Source of the DNA: a virus
DNA: 64,000 nucleotides
Strand: one strand, 5' to 3'
IMG/VR virus record: IMGVR_UViG_3300024983_000001
Location: 136,745-200,744 of that record
The notes below the pieces were generated by a model that worked only from the letters and a program-made list of their open reading frames with translations, was not told the origin of the DNA and did no database searches. The translations under genes were made by a program, and so were the position numbers. Position 1 is the first letter of the stretch. Each line of letters opens with the position of its first letter. Positions 36,651 through 44,849 of the stretch are shown one piece after another.

Positions 36651-38075
36651 TTAGGAAAGTTTGTATGCGTAAAACTCGAGTACGGTTCCGAGTGGGACAC
36701 CCCCAGCTAGAACAAAACTCGAACCGTTTGTTTCTGAAATTTCGTCTGATCCTTGAAATACGCCCGCGATGTATACATCAATACCGGCATTGTCCACATC
36801 TCCAACGACCGCGGAGTGGTGATATGGTGTAGATAACGCGAAAGATGTTTGGCCAGTAGTAGTAGCAACCAAAATTTCACGGTACACCTCACTATAAGTA
36901 GGCCACGTTTGTGATGGTCCTGTTGAAGCATTCATTAAATTGAGCACCTCTACATACAACACGTCACCAATATTTAGATTTTGTGCAAACGTAATGGTTG
37001 TTGTATTTGTTTCGGTAAAGGCGTAACCCACACCTTCGGTTTGTTTAACTCCGTTAACCCAAACCATTAGTGTGTTTGTACCTAATACATATGAAGGTAC
37101 TGTAAACACAGCAGTTCCGCCCGGAGCCGTCTGTGTCGATTGTGTTACGGAAGCAATACCATTAGTGCTTGGTGGGTTTAAACCACCGCCAAATACAAAT
37201 TTACCAAACATAACTTCGTCGCTAGCTTGGAGACCTGTCGAAAAGGTGACAACTGTGGGGCTTGATTCGGCATAAGCAGGTTGAATTTGACGAATACCAT
37301 TGACGTAAACAGATAGGTCACCGCTTGCGGGCACATACGACCACGGCAAACCAAAGACGGTCTGGCCAGATGTGGCGTATACTTCATATCGGTTTTGATA
37401 CAATGCTACACCAGGATCGCTAAAACTTAATGTTTTGAAAGCGTCAAAAATAGCAAGGTCTACAGATGCTTTGTTGGATGCATCTGTACCTATTACAGGA
37501 GCAAGCAAATCATGAATAGCGTAACCACCCATCGACAATGCTCCCGTCATCGTATCACCAGCACGATTTACCTTTGTGGCAATATCGGCAGTGTTAGTTG
37601 CAATGTTACCAGTATTAGTTGCAATGGCTGCAGCATTTGTATCAAGTTGGTTTTGGATGTTACTTGATAGACCAGCAAGATAGATTAATTCACCAGGAGT
37701 TACCCCAGAGTTTACCAAGCCCGTAAGCATATCGTGTTCAGTGGCTGTTAAGTGTGCAACAGTATCATTAATGTGTGCATTAACAACTGCAATAAACGTT
37801 GGGTCGGTTCCTGTAGTAACCCAACTACCAGCTTTAAAAATGTATAAAACGTTGTCTGCTGTATTGAACCACAATTGGCCAACAGTAGCATTTGCAGGTG
37901 GGTTATTGTTAGCAAAGTTTTCTAAAATGTGAAGGATGTTTTCTTGAATACCTTCGCCGTAATTACGCATACCTTTGCCGTAGATTGTTAGACTTGATGA
38001 GGTGGTGTCTTGTGTTCTTGGTTGAACGATGAACGATGTTCCGTCCGACCAGTTCATTGTATATTGGTCAGCCAT
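36651..38075 (-). CDS. virion structural protein (tail fibre/baseplate-associated)
   Basis: GKG..NYGE.IQENILHILENFA...GQLWFNT N-terminus plus three ATxGQTxF...VYVNG repeats. Confidence 0.75.
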   Translation of the reverse strand: MADQYTMNWSDGTSFIVQPRTQDTTSSSLTIYGKGMRNYGEGIQENILHILENFANNNPPANATVGQLWFNTADNVLYIFKAGSWVTTGTDPTFIAVVNAHINDTVAHLTATEHDMLTGLVNSGVTPGELIYLAGLSSNIQNQLDTNAAAIATNTGNIATNTADIATKVNRAGDTMTGALSMGGYAIHDLLAPVIGTDASNKASVDLAIFDAFKTLSFSDPGVALYQNRYEVYATSGQTVFGLPWSYVPASGDLSVYVNGIRQIQPAYAESSPTVVTFSTGLQASDEVMFGKFVFGGGLNPPSTNGIASVTQSTQTAPGGTAVFTVPSYVLGTNTLMVWVNGVKQTEGVGYAFTETNTTTITFAQNLNIGDVLYVEVLNLMNASTGPSQTWPTYSEVYREILVATTTGQTSFALSTPYHHSAVVGDVDNAGIDVYIAGVFQGSDEISETNGSSFVLAGGVPLGTVLEFYAYKLS

Positions 38076-38211
38076 ATATTTCTCCTTTATGCCGGTTCAT
38101 AAGAATGTTGTTATACCTCTTCCGGTGTTGAATAAGAGGTTTAAGAGTATTTATGATTTTGTGGTTTGACAGTATAAATATGTTCACCACATAGTGCACA
38201 GGAAAATCATC

Positions 38212-39288
38212 ATGAGCAAATCAAAAGTTTTGTTTATTTGTAAACGTCGTTCAGACTATCATCAAGATAGTTCATATTCACACAATAGCGTGTCCACGGG
38301 GTTACTAAATTCCGCAACATTTGTAACTGATATGTTAACAAAGGCGGGGATAGATGCCAAATGTGTCATTGTTAATGATAACAATGATATTGACAGAGAG
38401 GTTCGGGCTTTTAATCCTACCCATGTTATAATTGAGGCTTTGTGGGTTGTGCCTGAAAAATTTGACGTGTTGACTAAAATCTATCCCAATGTTAAATGGA
38501 TTGTACGGTATCACTCGGAAGTGCCTTTTGTTGCGACGGAGGGAATTGCAATGGGTTGGTTATTTAGCATGATTGATAGACCCAATGTTGCGGTATCCGG
38601 TAATTCGAAAGTTATTCAAAGCGAGTTGGAGTTTTTGATTAAACATCATTTTAATTATTCTAAAGAAGAGCTTGCAGAAAAGGTGGTATTTTTGCCTAAC
38701 TATTACGATCTAGAGTTGGTTAATCAACCAAAGTTCTATGATGGGTCAAAAGATTATATTTCAGTTGGTTGTTTTGGAGCGATTCGTCCTCTAAAAAACC
38801 AATTGTTACAAGCGGTGGCGGCACTCAAGTTTGCTAATGCAATTGGTAAAAAATTAAAATTTCACATTAACGTGGGCCGCGTTGAAGGGAATGGAGGTCC
38901 AATATTACGCAATTTGCGTGATATGTTTACTCGTTTAAACATCAATGGGCACGAGCTTGTTGAACATCAGTGGATGCCACATGATGAGTTTATGATGATG
39001 TTGTCAACTGAAATTGATATCGGTATGCAAGTTAGTTTTTCTGAAACCTTTAATATTGTTGCTGCTGATATGGTATCAGCAGGTATTCCGATTGTTGCGA
39101 GCGATGAGGTTAAATGGACTTCAAAACTATTTAATGCAGTCCCAACAAACTCCAATGCAATCGCTCGAAAATTGGTGTGGTCAATGGTATTCCGTTATTT
39201 TAACGTAAAATTGGAGCAGTATTTTCTAAAACGCTATGTCAATAAAACCAAACGTGTGTGGGTGAATTTTTTCACAAAAGATTGTTGA
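38212..39288 (+). CDS. GT-B fold glycosyltransferase
   Basis: VGCFGAIRPLKN...QVSFSETFNIVAAD. Confidence 0.75.
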   Translation: MSKSKVLFICKRRSDYHQDSSYSHNSVSTGLLNSATFVTDMLTKAGIDAKCVIVNDNNDIDREVRAFNPTHVIIEALWVVPEKFDVLTKIYPNVKWIVRYHSEVPFVATEGIAMGWLFSMIDRPNVAVSGNSKVIQSELEFLIKHHFNYSKEELAEKVVFLPNYYDLELVNQPKFYDGSKDYISVGCFGAIRPLKNQLLQAVAALKFANAIGKKLKFHINVGRVEGNGGPILRNLRDMFTRLNINGHELVEHQWMPHDEFMMMLSTEIDIGMQVSFSETFNIVAADMVSAGIPIVASDEVKWTSKLFNAVPTNSNAIARKLVWSMVFRYFNVKLEQYFLKRYVNKTKRVWVNFFTKDC

Positions 39289-39338
39289 TATATTCTGAAG
39301 TATGTGTAAAATTGTTAACATGATGTGTGGAGAATATT

Positions 39339-39860
39339 ATGTCAAACGATAATGTATGGAAGATTGATAGTTGTGTTGGTTTGTTTGGAACGTGTGGTAA
39401 TAGCACCTGGCGCCACCCCATGATGGCAGCCCTCAATGCACAAGGCATCACATATTTCAACCCACAAGTTGATGGATGGACGCCCGAATTTGCTAAAGTT
39501 GAGGCGGAACATCTTGTTAGTGATGATGTTGTGCTGTTTCCGGTTACAGGCGAAACGTACGGTACAGGGTCGTTGGCGGAAGTTGGATTCTCTATTAACA
39601 CAGCGTTAAAATCCATCAACGAAGATGCTTTTAGATTTTTGGTGGTAATGATTGATGATGCATTGATTCCTGAATTAATGGCCGATGCCGTAGCCGCGAA
39701 GGAATCGATTCGGTCGAGAGCATTAGTTTTAGCACATTTGAAAAAAATTAAACATCCAAATGTTTTCATTGTGGATAGTTTTGAAAGAATGACATCATTA
39801 GCAATCGAATTATCGTGGGTTTCGTCCACCCTGAAAAGACTCAAAGCAAGTACGAAATAA
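39339..39860 (+). CDS. nucleoside 2-deoxyribosyltransferase-like protein
   Basis: GLFGTCG...WR...YFNPQV..W...E...GSLAE. Confidence 0.7.
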   Translation: MSNDNVWKIDSCVGLFGTCGNSTWRHPMMAALNAQGITYFNPQVDGWTPEFAKVEAEHLVSDDVVLFPVTGETYGTGSLAEVGFSINTALKSINEDAFRFLVVMIDDALIPELMADAVAAKESIRSRALVLAHLKKIKHPNVFIVDSFERMTSLAIELSWVSSTLKRLKASTK

Positions 39861-40020
39861 AATATTGGTTGACATTTATAAATAGTTACTATATACTTTT
39901 AATAACAGTTGAGCAATCAACACGAATTTAAAGTTTTAAAAATATTGGTTGACATTTATAAATAAACCATATATAATTAATGTAACAATTGAGCAATGTG
40001 CTCGCAAACGAATTTAGGAT
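39860..40020 (+). promoter_or_regulatory. tandem sigma70 promoters of the tRNA array
   Basis: AAAATATTGGTTGACATTTATAAATA twice, with TATACT / TATAAT; homologous to 63423-63500. Confidence 0.8.
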
Positions 40021-40027
40021 TATTAAG

Positions 40028-40135
40028 ATGACTACATTTACAACATTTTTTGCACCAGAACATACACCTGCAACCACATGGTTTGCAGCGGAGCCTATGT
40101 GTGCCTTTTTAATTGGTGGTGGATCTAGTAATTAA
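40028..40135 (+). CDS. putative attenuator leader peptide MTTFTTFFAPEHTPATTWFAAEPMCAFLIGGGSSN
   Basis: 35-codon ORF after AGGA RBS, between promoter and terminator; read by hand. Confidence 0.75.
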   Translation: MTTFTTFFAPEHTPATTWFAAEPMCAFLIGGGSSN

Positions 40136-40154
40136 GTAAATCCCCTGAATAATT

Positions 40155-40186
40155 AAAAAGGCTTCCGTAAAAAGGGAGCCTTTTTT
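40155..40186 (+). terminator. attenuator terminator upstream of tRNA array
   Basis: AAAAAGGCTTCC-GTAAAAA-GGGAGCCTTTTTT; 5' arm also pairs with 40103-40114. Confidence 0.85.
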
Positions 40187-40206
40187 ATTGTCTAGTGTTT
40201 TTAGGT

Positions 40207-40278
40207 GTGTCATGATTGTGAGGGTTAGCAACTTTCCTTGTGACGGAAATAGAATGGGTTCGAGTCCCATATGGCACC
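40207..40278 (+). tRNA. tRNA-His(GTG), atypical, no CCA
   Basis: GTGTCAT/ATGGCAC, TTTCC-TTGTGAC-GGAAA, C73. Confidence 0.7.
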
Positions 40279-40297
40279 CCTAAAAGTGTTAGACGAT

Positions 40298-40372
40298 GGC
40301 GGTTATAGCTTAGTGGTAAAGTCCTGGATTGTGATTCCAGTCACGAGAGTTCAATTCTCTCTAACCGCCCCA
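40298..40372 (+). tRNA. tRNA-His(GTG)
   Basis: G-1:C73, CTGGA-TTGTGAT-TCCAG, CCA. Confidence 0.95.
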
Positions 40373-40387
40373 AAGTTTTTGTTGTAT

Positions 40388-40400
40388 TGATCTTTAACAA
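40388..40400 (+). promoter_or_regulatory. boxA-like Nus antitermination site
   Basis: TGATCTTTAACAA vs rrn boxA TGCTCTTTAACAA. Confidence 0.65.
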
Positions 40401-40443
40401 TTTGGATGTTGTTTTGTTTTATTGTCGACATTGTGTCATTTGT

Positions 40444-40515
40444 CGGTATGTGGGTCAAAGGTTGATCACTTCGTTTGGGGCGAAGACGATGCTGGTTCGA
40501 GTCCAGCCATACCGA
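40444..40515 (+). tRNA. tRNA-Pro(TGG)
   Basis: CGGTATG/CATACCG, CTTCG-TTTGGGG-CGAAG; no CCA. Confidence 0.9.
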
Positions 40516-40540
40516 CAAATGACATAGTGTTGATAAATGT

Positions 40541-40625
40541 TACCTGTTCGCATAGCGGCGATTGCATCGGTCTCCAAAACCGACGATGAAAATCCACGGG
40601 GGTTCGAGTCCCTCACAGGTAGCCA
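40541..40625 (+). tRNA. tRNA-Trp(CCA), expanded variable loop
   Basis: TACCTGT/ACAGGTA, TCGGT-CTCCAAA-ACCGA, GCCA. Confidence 0.88.
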
Positions 40626-40645
40626 AACAACGTAGAATATATTGA

Positions 40646-40718
40646 CAGGGTGTGGTGCAATCTGGTAGCATAGCTGGTCTGGAGCCAGGCGATTACAGTT
40701 CAAATCTGTACATCCTGA
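40646..40718 (+). tRNA. tRNA-Pro(TGG), C33 variant
   Basis: CAGGGTG/CATCCTG, loop TCTGGAG; no CCA. Confidence 0.8.
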
Positions 40719-40737
40719 CAATATATTTTACATTAAT

Positions 40738-40813
40738 CTCCCTTTGGTGTTTAACAGTAGCATAGCGGTTTTGGAAACCGGCGGCGCAGGTGCAAATCCT
40801 GCAGGGGTGACCA
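40738..40813 (+). tRNA. tRNA-Pro(TGG)
   Basis: loop TTTGGAA, T loop TGCAAAT, ACCA. Confidence 0.8.
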
Positions 40814-40924
40814 TTATTACTATACATTGCTTGTGGTAGTTTAAGTCGGGTGCAACCGTACATACGCCCATTCGTATGTGACAACCTTAAACGGTAGTGT
40901 GTAGTGATAATGGAAAGTTTTATT

Positions 40925-40999
40925 GGGGGCAGTAGTGGGCTACGGAGATGCCTTGCAAGTATCTTGTCTAGAAGGGTTCGATTCCCTCGGCCTCCACCA
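40925..40999 (+). tRNA. tRNA-Ala(TGC), minimal D arm
   Basis: G3:U70, GATGC-CTTGCAA-GTATC, ACCA. Confidence 0.8.
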
Positions 41000-41004
41000 A
41001 ATTT

Positions 41005-41090
41005 GTTGTGTAAACGTTGACTTGCAAGCAACGGAGTTGGTATAGCTTTGTGACACAGAGTAGAAGGTTCGAATCCTTAAACACAACTTA
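41005..41090 (+). pseudogene. degenerate tRNA-Val(GAC)-like
   Basis: GTTGTGT/ACACAAC, GTGACAC loop, GGTTCGAATCC; abnormal D arm, no CCA. Confidence 0.45.
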
Positions 41091-41098
41091 TTTTCAAT

Positions 41099-41174
41099 AT
41101 ACCTCTGGCGTAAGTGGTCTGCGCGCTTGTTTGAAGCACAAGAGGACACAGTTCGATTCTGTGGGGGTATACCA
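41099..41174 (+). tRNA. tRNA-Phe(GAA)
   Basis: CTTGT-TTGAAGC-ACAAG, ACCA. Confidence 0.9.
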
Positions 41175-41185
41175 ATTTTAAAGTT

Positions 41186-41255
41186 TTGTGATAGTATAAA
41201 CCTAATAGCACCCACCGTTGAGGCGGGAGATCTCAGAATTGAACCTGAGTCACAA
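41186..41255 (+). pseudogene. degenerate tRNA-like element (Gln TTG?)
   Basis: TTGTGA/TCACAA stem, CTCAG/CTGAG stem with non-canonical T loop. Confidence 0.35.
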
Positions 41256-41341
41256 TGTTCCACTAAGCCTCGTCTGACAACGGGCTGTTTTGGATGAGGT
41301 CCTGTTAATTATTGATTGTGTCAGCAGTTAAGATTGACAGA

Positions 41342-41412
41342 TTGGTTATAGCAAATTGGAAATGCGCTTCGCCACCCAGCGAGAGGTCAGGGTTCGATTC
41401 CCTGTAACTAGA
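41342..41412 (+). pseudogene. degenerate tRNA (Gly-like, 6-nt anticodon loop)
   Basis: TTGGTTA/TAACTAG, TTCGC-CACCCA-GCGAG, canonical T arm. Confidence 0.5.
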
Positions 41413-41470
41413 TGACCAACAAAAGAGTATTTGATGAGTATTCTTTTATTGGTTTTGATGTAAATTTAAT

Positions 41471-41546
41471 GGGCTGCGATTGAGCTGGGGTTCTTGGCTG
41501 CTTTGCAAGCAGTTATCGTAGGGTTCGATTCCCTAGCGGTCCACCA
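41471..41546 (+). tRNA. tRNA-Ala(TGC)
   Basis: G3:U70, GCTGC-TTTGCAA-GCAGT, ACCA. Confidence 0.88.
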
Positions 41547-41597
41547 AAATATCGCCATATATAGTAAGTGGCTATTCCGCCGCCTAGGAGAAATATT

Positions 41598-41786
41598 ATG
41601 GATTTAATTAGCTTAGTAATCGTATTGGTGGTGGTAGGTGTATTATTGTGGATGGTCAACACATACATTCCGATGGATGCAAAAATTAAACAAATTCTGA
41701 ACATTGTTGTTGTAATTGTTGTTGTTCTTTGGTTACTGAAGGTGTTTGGACTTATTGGTGCCCTATCAGGCATTCACGTAGGTTAG
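41598..41786 (+). CDS. Thivi_2564-family small membrane protein
   Basis: LIVLVVVGVLLW.VNTYIPMD.KIK.ILN.VVVI.VVLWLL. Confidence 0.85.
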   Translation: MDLISLVIVLVVVGVLLWMVNTYIPMDAKIKQILNIVVVIVVVLWLLKVFGLIGALSGIHVG

Positions 41787-41821
41787 TAACAAGCAACCCA
41801 CAGAAATCGTGGGTTAATCAT

Positions 41822-41896
41822 ACTCTCATCGACTAGCGGTCAGGTCGCGACATTCTCAATGTTGAAACATCGGTTCGAATCCGATTGGGAGTTCCA
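41822..41896 (+). tRNA. tRNA-Glu(CTC)
   Basis: CGACA-TTCTCAA-TGTTG, CCA. Confidence 0.92.
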
Positions 41897-41904
41897 AATT
41901 TAAT

Positions 41905-41980
41905 GCCCCTGAAACCTTTAATGGATGAGGTCCTGTCTTGTAAGCAGGAGAAGTCGGCTCGATTCCGGACTGGGGCACCA
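41905..41980 (+). tRNA. tRNA-Thr(TGT)
   Basis: CCTGT-CTTGTAA-GCAGG, ACCA. Confidence 0.9.
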
Positions 41981-41986
41981 GTTAAT

Positions 41987-42062
41987 GCCGGTATAGCTCA
42001 ATGGTAGAGCTGTTCCGTTGTAGGGAACAGGTTGACAGTTCGATTCTAGTCTGCCGGCTCCA
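41987..42062 (+). tRNA. tRNA-Thr(TGT)
   Basis: GTTCC-GTTGTAG-GGAAC, CCA. Confidence 0.88.
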
Positions 42063-42115
42063 GTTTAATTCGTTGTGTTGACTTTATTATCTCAAACTGT
42101 TATACTGTGTATAAT

Positions 42116-42898
42116 ATGGGAGTGTTGTGTAATATGGAAAAACGAACAGTTGTGTGTTGTGTAGGGTGTAACCACGAATTTGGTTCGGCAGCCTTTAGCC
42201 AACACCACCCAGAATCAGTAAGTTGTAAAAAACTCCAAGCTGATAATATGGTTCCTGATAATTTAGTGTGTACATTTTGTGAAAAGCAGATGGTAAACAA
42301 AAGTAGTTATAAAAACCATTCACAGAGATGTAAAGAAAATCCACACCGTGTTGTCCAACGAGGGATGGCAGGAAAAATCCCTTGGATTAAGGGTAAGTGT
42401 AAAGACAACTGTGATATTTTGGCTAAAACAGCTCTCGAAAATTCAATTAAATTAAAAGGAAAAATTGGCCGTAAGTGGACGCAAGAAGAGAAAAATAAAT
42501 TATCAGCTCATGCAAGAAGCCATGGTTATGGTGGGGTTAAGCAATCTCAGAAAACCTTATATAAAGGTGTTCTGTTAGAATCATCATATGAAGTAGCTGT
42601 TGCAATGTCGTTAGATGCATATTTCGTTGAGTGGGAGAAGCCTGGTAGGTTTAATTATATCGATTGTTACGGTAAAAATAGAACCTATCGGCCTGATTTG
42701 TATTTACCCAAATACGATATTTACCTGGATCCCAAAAATGACTTTTTGATCAACAATATTAATCCTACCCTCAAATTTAAAGATGTTGATAAAATACAGT
42801 GGGTTTGTGAACAAAATGATATAACGGTATTGATTTTGAATAAAAATCAATTAAGTTGGAGTGATATTAAAGCCTTATTAGTTCATCAAGTAGAATAA
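42116..42898 (+). CDS. putative PD-(D/E)xK homing endonuclease with zinc fingers
   Basis: ESSYE...YRPDLYLPKYDIYLDPK; NUMOD-like WTQEEKNKLS; inserted in tRNA array. Confidence 0.75.
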   Translation: MGVLCNMEKRTVVCCVGCNHEFGSAAFSQHHPESVSCKKLQADNMVPDNLVCTFCEKQMVNKSSYKNHSQRCKENPHRVVQRGMAGKIPWIKGKCKDNCDILAKTALENSIKLKGKIGRKWTQEEKNKLSAHARSHGYGGVKQSQKTLYKGVLLESSYEVAVAMSLDAYFVEWEKPGRFNYIDCYGKNRTYRPDLYLPKYDIYLDPKNDFLINNINPTLKFKDVDKIQWVCEQNDITVLILNKNQLSWSDIKALLVHQVE

Positions 42899-42946
42899 TT
42901 GTTTCGTACTCAATAGAAGATCGTGCAAATCGGTCATAAGGCTCCA
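42872..42946 (+). tRNA. tRNA-Thr(CGT), overlapping endonuclease 3' end
   Basis: GCCTTAT/ATAAGGC, loop TTCGTAC, T loop TGCAAAT, CCA. Confidence 0.8.
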
Positions 42947-42949
42947 TAT

Positions 42950-43021
42950 GTGAACTTAGTGTAGTGATGCACAACCCCGCTTGAGGGAGAGGACACGGTT
43001 AAATTCCGTGAGTTCACACCA
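42950..43021 (+). tRNA. tRNA-like element, anticodon undetermined
   Basis: GTGAACT/AGTTCAC acceptor and CCA; poorly paired anticodon stem. Confidence 0.55.
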
Positions 43022-43027
43022 AACAAT

Positions 43028-43101
43028 CTGTTCTTAGTGTAGTGATGCATTACTCCCATTTGGGGGAGAAGGACACGGTTAAATTCCGTGAGAACAGGCC
43101 A
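43028..43101 (+). tRNA. tRNA-like element, 6-nt anticodon loop
   Basis: CTGTTCT/AGAACAG, CTCCC-ATTTGG-GGGAG; D and T arms identical to 42950. Confidence 0.55.
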
Positions 43102-43109
43102 AATTTAAT

Positions 43110-43185
43110 GCCGCTTAAACTAATCTGGTGAAAGTGCAAGCCTGAAAAGCTTGAAAGGTTGGATCGTAACCAACAGGCGGCACCA
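43110..43185 (+). tRNA. tRNA-Phe(GAA)
   Basis: CAAGC-CTGAAAA-GCTTG, ACCA. Confidence 0.9.
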
Positions 43186-43196
43186 GTTTTTAATAT

Positions 43197-43272
43197 GTCT
43201 CATTCGTCTAAAGGTAAGGACGTCACTCTTTCAAGGTGAAGATGTTCGGTTCAAGTCCGACATGAGACTCCA
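43197..43272 (+). tRNA. tRNA-Glu(TTC)
   Basis: TCACT-CTTTCAA-GGTGA, CCA. Confidence 0.93.
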
Positions 43273-43283
43273 GTTTTAAATAT

Positions 43284-43358
43284 ACACCTGTAGATTAGTG
43301 GCTAGATCGCTTGGTTTTCACCCAAGAGAAGACGGATCGTAACCGTTCAGGTGTACCA
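43284..43358 (+). tRNA. tRNA-Glu(TTC)
   Basis: CTTGG-TTTTCAC-CCAAG, ACCA. Confidence 0.9.
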
Positions 43359-43365
43359 TTACAAT

Positions 43366-43444
43366 GGGCTTACGGCAGGTTGGATCTGAAGAGAACGTCG
43401 CGCGCCTCTTTTAAGGTGGGTTCGAATCCCACGGTAGCCCGCCA
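43366..43444 (+). tRNA. tRNA-like element with 12-nt anticodon loop
   Basis: GGGCT/AGCCC acceptor, AAGAG-AACGTCGCGCGC-CTCTT, GTGGG-TTCGAAT-CCCAC, GCCA. Confidence 0.55.
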
Positions 43445-43450
43445 TTTTAT

Positions 43451-43525
43451 ATTCCGTTAGACTTCTGGTGAGGTCAGTAGGCTTTCAACCTACGTAGAGG
43501 GGATCGTAACCCCTACGGAATACCA
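43451..43525 (+). tRNA. tRNA-Glu(TTC)
   Basis: GTAGG-CTTTCAA-CCTAC, ACCA. Confidence 0.9.
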
Positions 43526-43533
43526 AACACAAC

Positions 43534-43890
43534 GTGATAAAAGGAGGATGCTATGACACCGCTAAACGCACAGGAAACAAGGGCCAAGTAAAAACCACAA
43601 TAGGTGGGGTGAGTAAAAAATTCAAAAGAATGGCTGAAGTATATCGCATATTTTCAAAAGATTGGGAACATATGCTCGATTACAGCGACGATGCCATGAT
43701 TGAAATGTACAACAGCGAATCCTATGGAACACCAGTTAGCAGAACTAATGGTTTTTATGTAGGGAAGCAGTGGTTAAATGTTAATGTACAGATGTGGAAA
43801 GAAGATATTAGCAAAGGGTATTTGCAAAAATGCGAATTGTATGATGATCCCAAATTTCCGCATTGGTGGTTGGATAATGTATTAGATTGA
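43534..43890 (+). CDS. hypothetical protein (start uncertain)
   Basis: ORF. Confidence 0.6.
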   Translation: MIKGGCYDTAKRTGNKGQVKTTIGGVSKKFKRMAEVYRIFSKDWEHMLDYSDDAMIEMYNSESYGTPVSRTNGFYVGKQWLNVNVQMWKEDISKGYLQKCELYDDPKFPHWWLDNVLD

Positions 43891-43945
43891 CATTATTAAA
43901 AAATGGTAGTACTCTATTAAAGACTTTTATTAAAGGAGTGTTATT

Positions 43946-44389
43946 ATGGCAACGGAAGAATTTTTGGATGCGTTTATTGTTGGTGGCGGTCCAGTTGAGG
44001 AGTGTGATTTTTGTGGCAATACATTCTACTCAACTACGGATCTCGACGAAGAAGAACTTAAATATTATGAAGAGCGCGGGGAGAAATCACCGTTAAAATT
44101 CCATCCTGAGCCGTATGATAGCATTGAATTTTACGTAATTGACAACAGACGATATGTATATGGTTGTTCTTGCAATGCACTCGATAAGTATGAACAGTTT
44201 ATTTGGGAACACCGCGAAAGAATCTTGCGATATTTAAATAGCCGTTCACAAATCGAACATGATCGTGCTGTTGTTGAGAAGGCTCGCGTTGACGCTGCTG
44301 TTGAATTGCACAAAAATGCAAAAAATGTTGCAGAGGCGTTGGCTGCAGCAAACAGAGTACTAAATAACACCAAAGCTTCATATACGTAA
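43946..44389 (+). CDS. hypothetical protein
   Basis: ORF+GGAG RBS. Confidence 0.75.
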   Translation: MATEEFLDAFIVGGGPVEECDFCGNTFYSTTDLDEEELKYYEERGEKSPLKFHPEPYDSIEFYVIDNRRYVYGCSCNALDKYEQFIWEHRERILRYLNSRSQIEHDRAVVEKARVDAAVELHKNAKNVAEALAAANRVLNNTKASYT

Positions 44390-44629
44390 TGATGATTTAC
44401 ATGTTAAAAGGATAAAAGTCCTAACGCCCCTTATTGGTGGTTGGATAGGTGTTAAAAATAATATGAAAATATTTCTTAAAATACAGAATTTTAGTTGGAC
44501 ATTTTGTGGCATACAGTACGTGATTAATTGGCCAGCAGTAATTCTTATTGGCGGCACCTTTGTTGTGGTGGGGCTATTACAACACTTTGGTGTTGTGGGT
44601 TGACAAGAGCAGTCATTAAGGAAAATGAT

Positions 44630-44812
44630 ATGAAATGGAATATATTTGATCCAAAAAACGAGGCTGTATTGAAGATGGTTGGAATATCAAACGAACAGTT
44701 AAATAAGCTTCGGTTGGCACTGGAGTTAGCCCAACAAAAAGTAAAGGCGGTGAGATCGTTGCCTAGTGAAACGGATCAACCTAATACAGGTCCTGAAAAA
44801 AGTAACGAATGA
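44630..44812 (+). CDS. hypothetical protein
   Basis: ORF+AGGA RBS. Confidence 0.55.
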   Translation: MKWNIFDPKNEAVLKMVGISNEQLNKLRLALELAQQKVKAVRSLPSETDQPNTGPEKSNE

Positions 44813-44849
44813 TTTGATTACCGACGGCGCATACAAAGGATAATAAGTA

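Noticed and set aside
40830-40910. Hairpin ACATACG/CGTATGT in the tRNA array
   Set aside because: No cloverleaf could be built; at most a tRNA relic.
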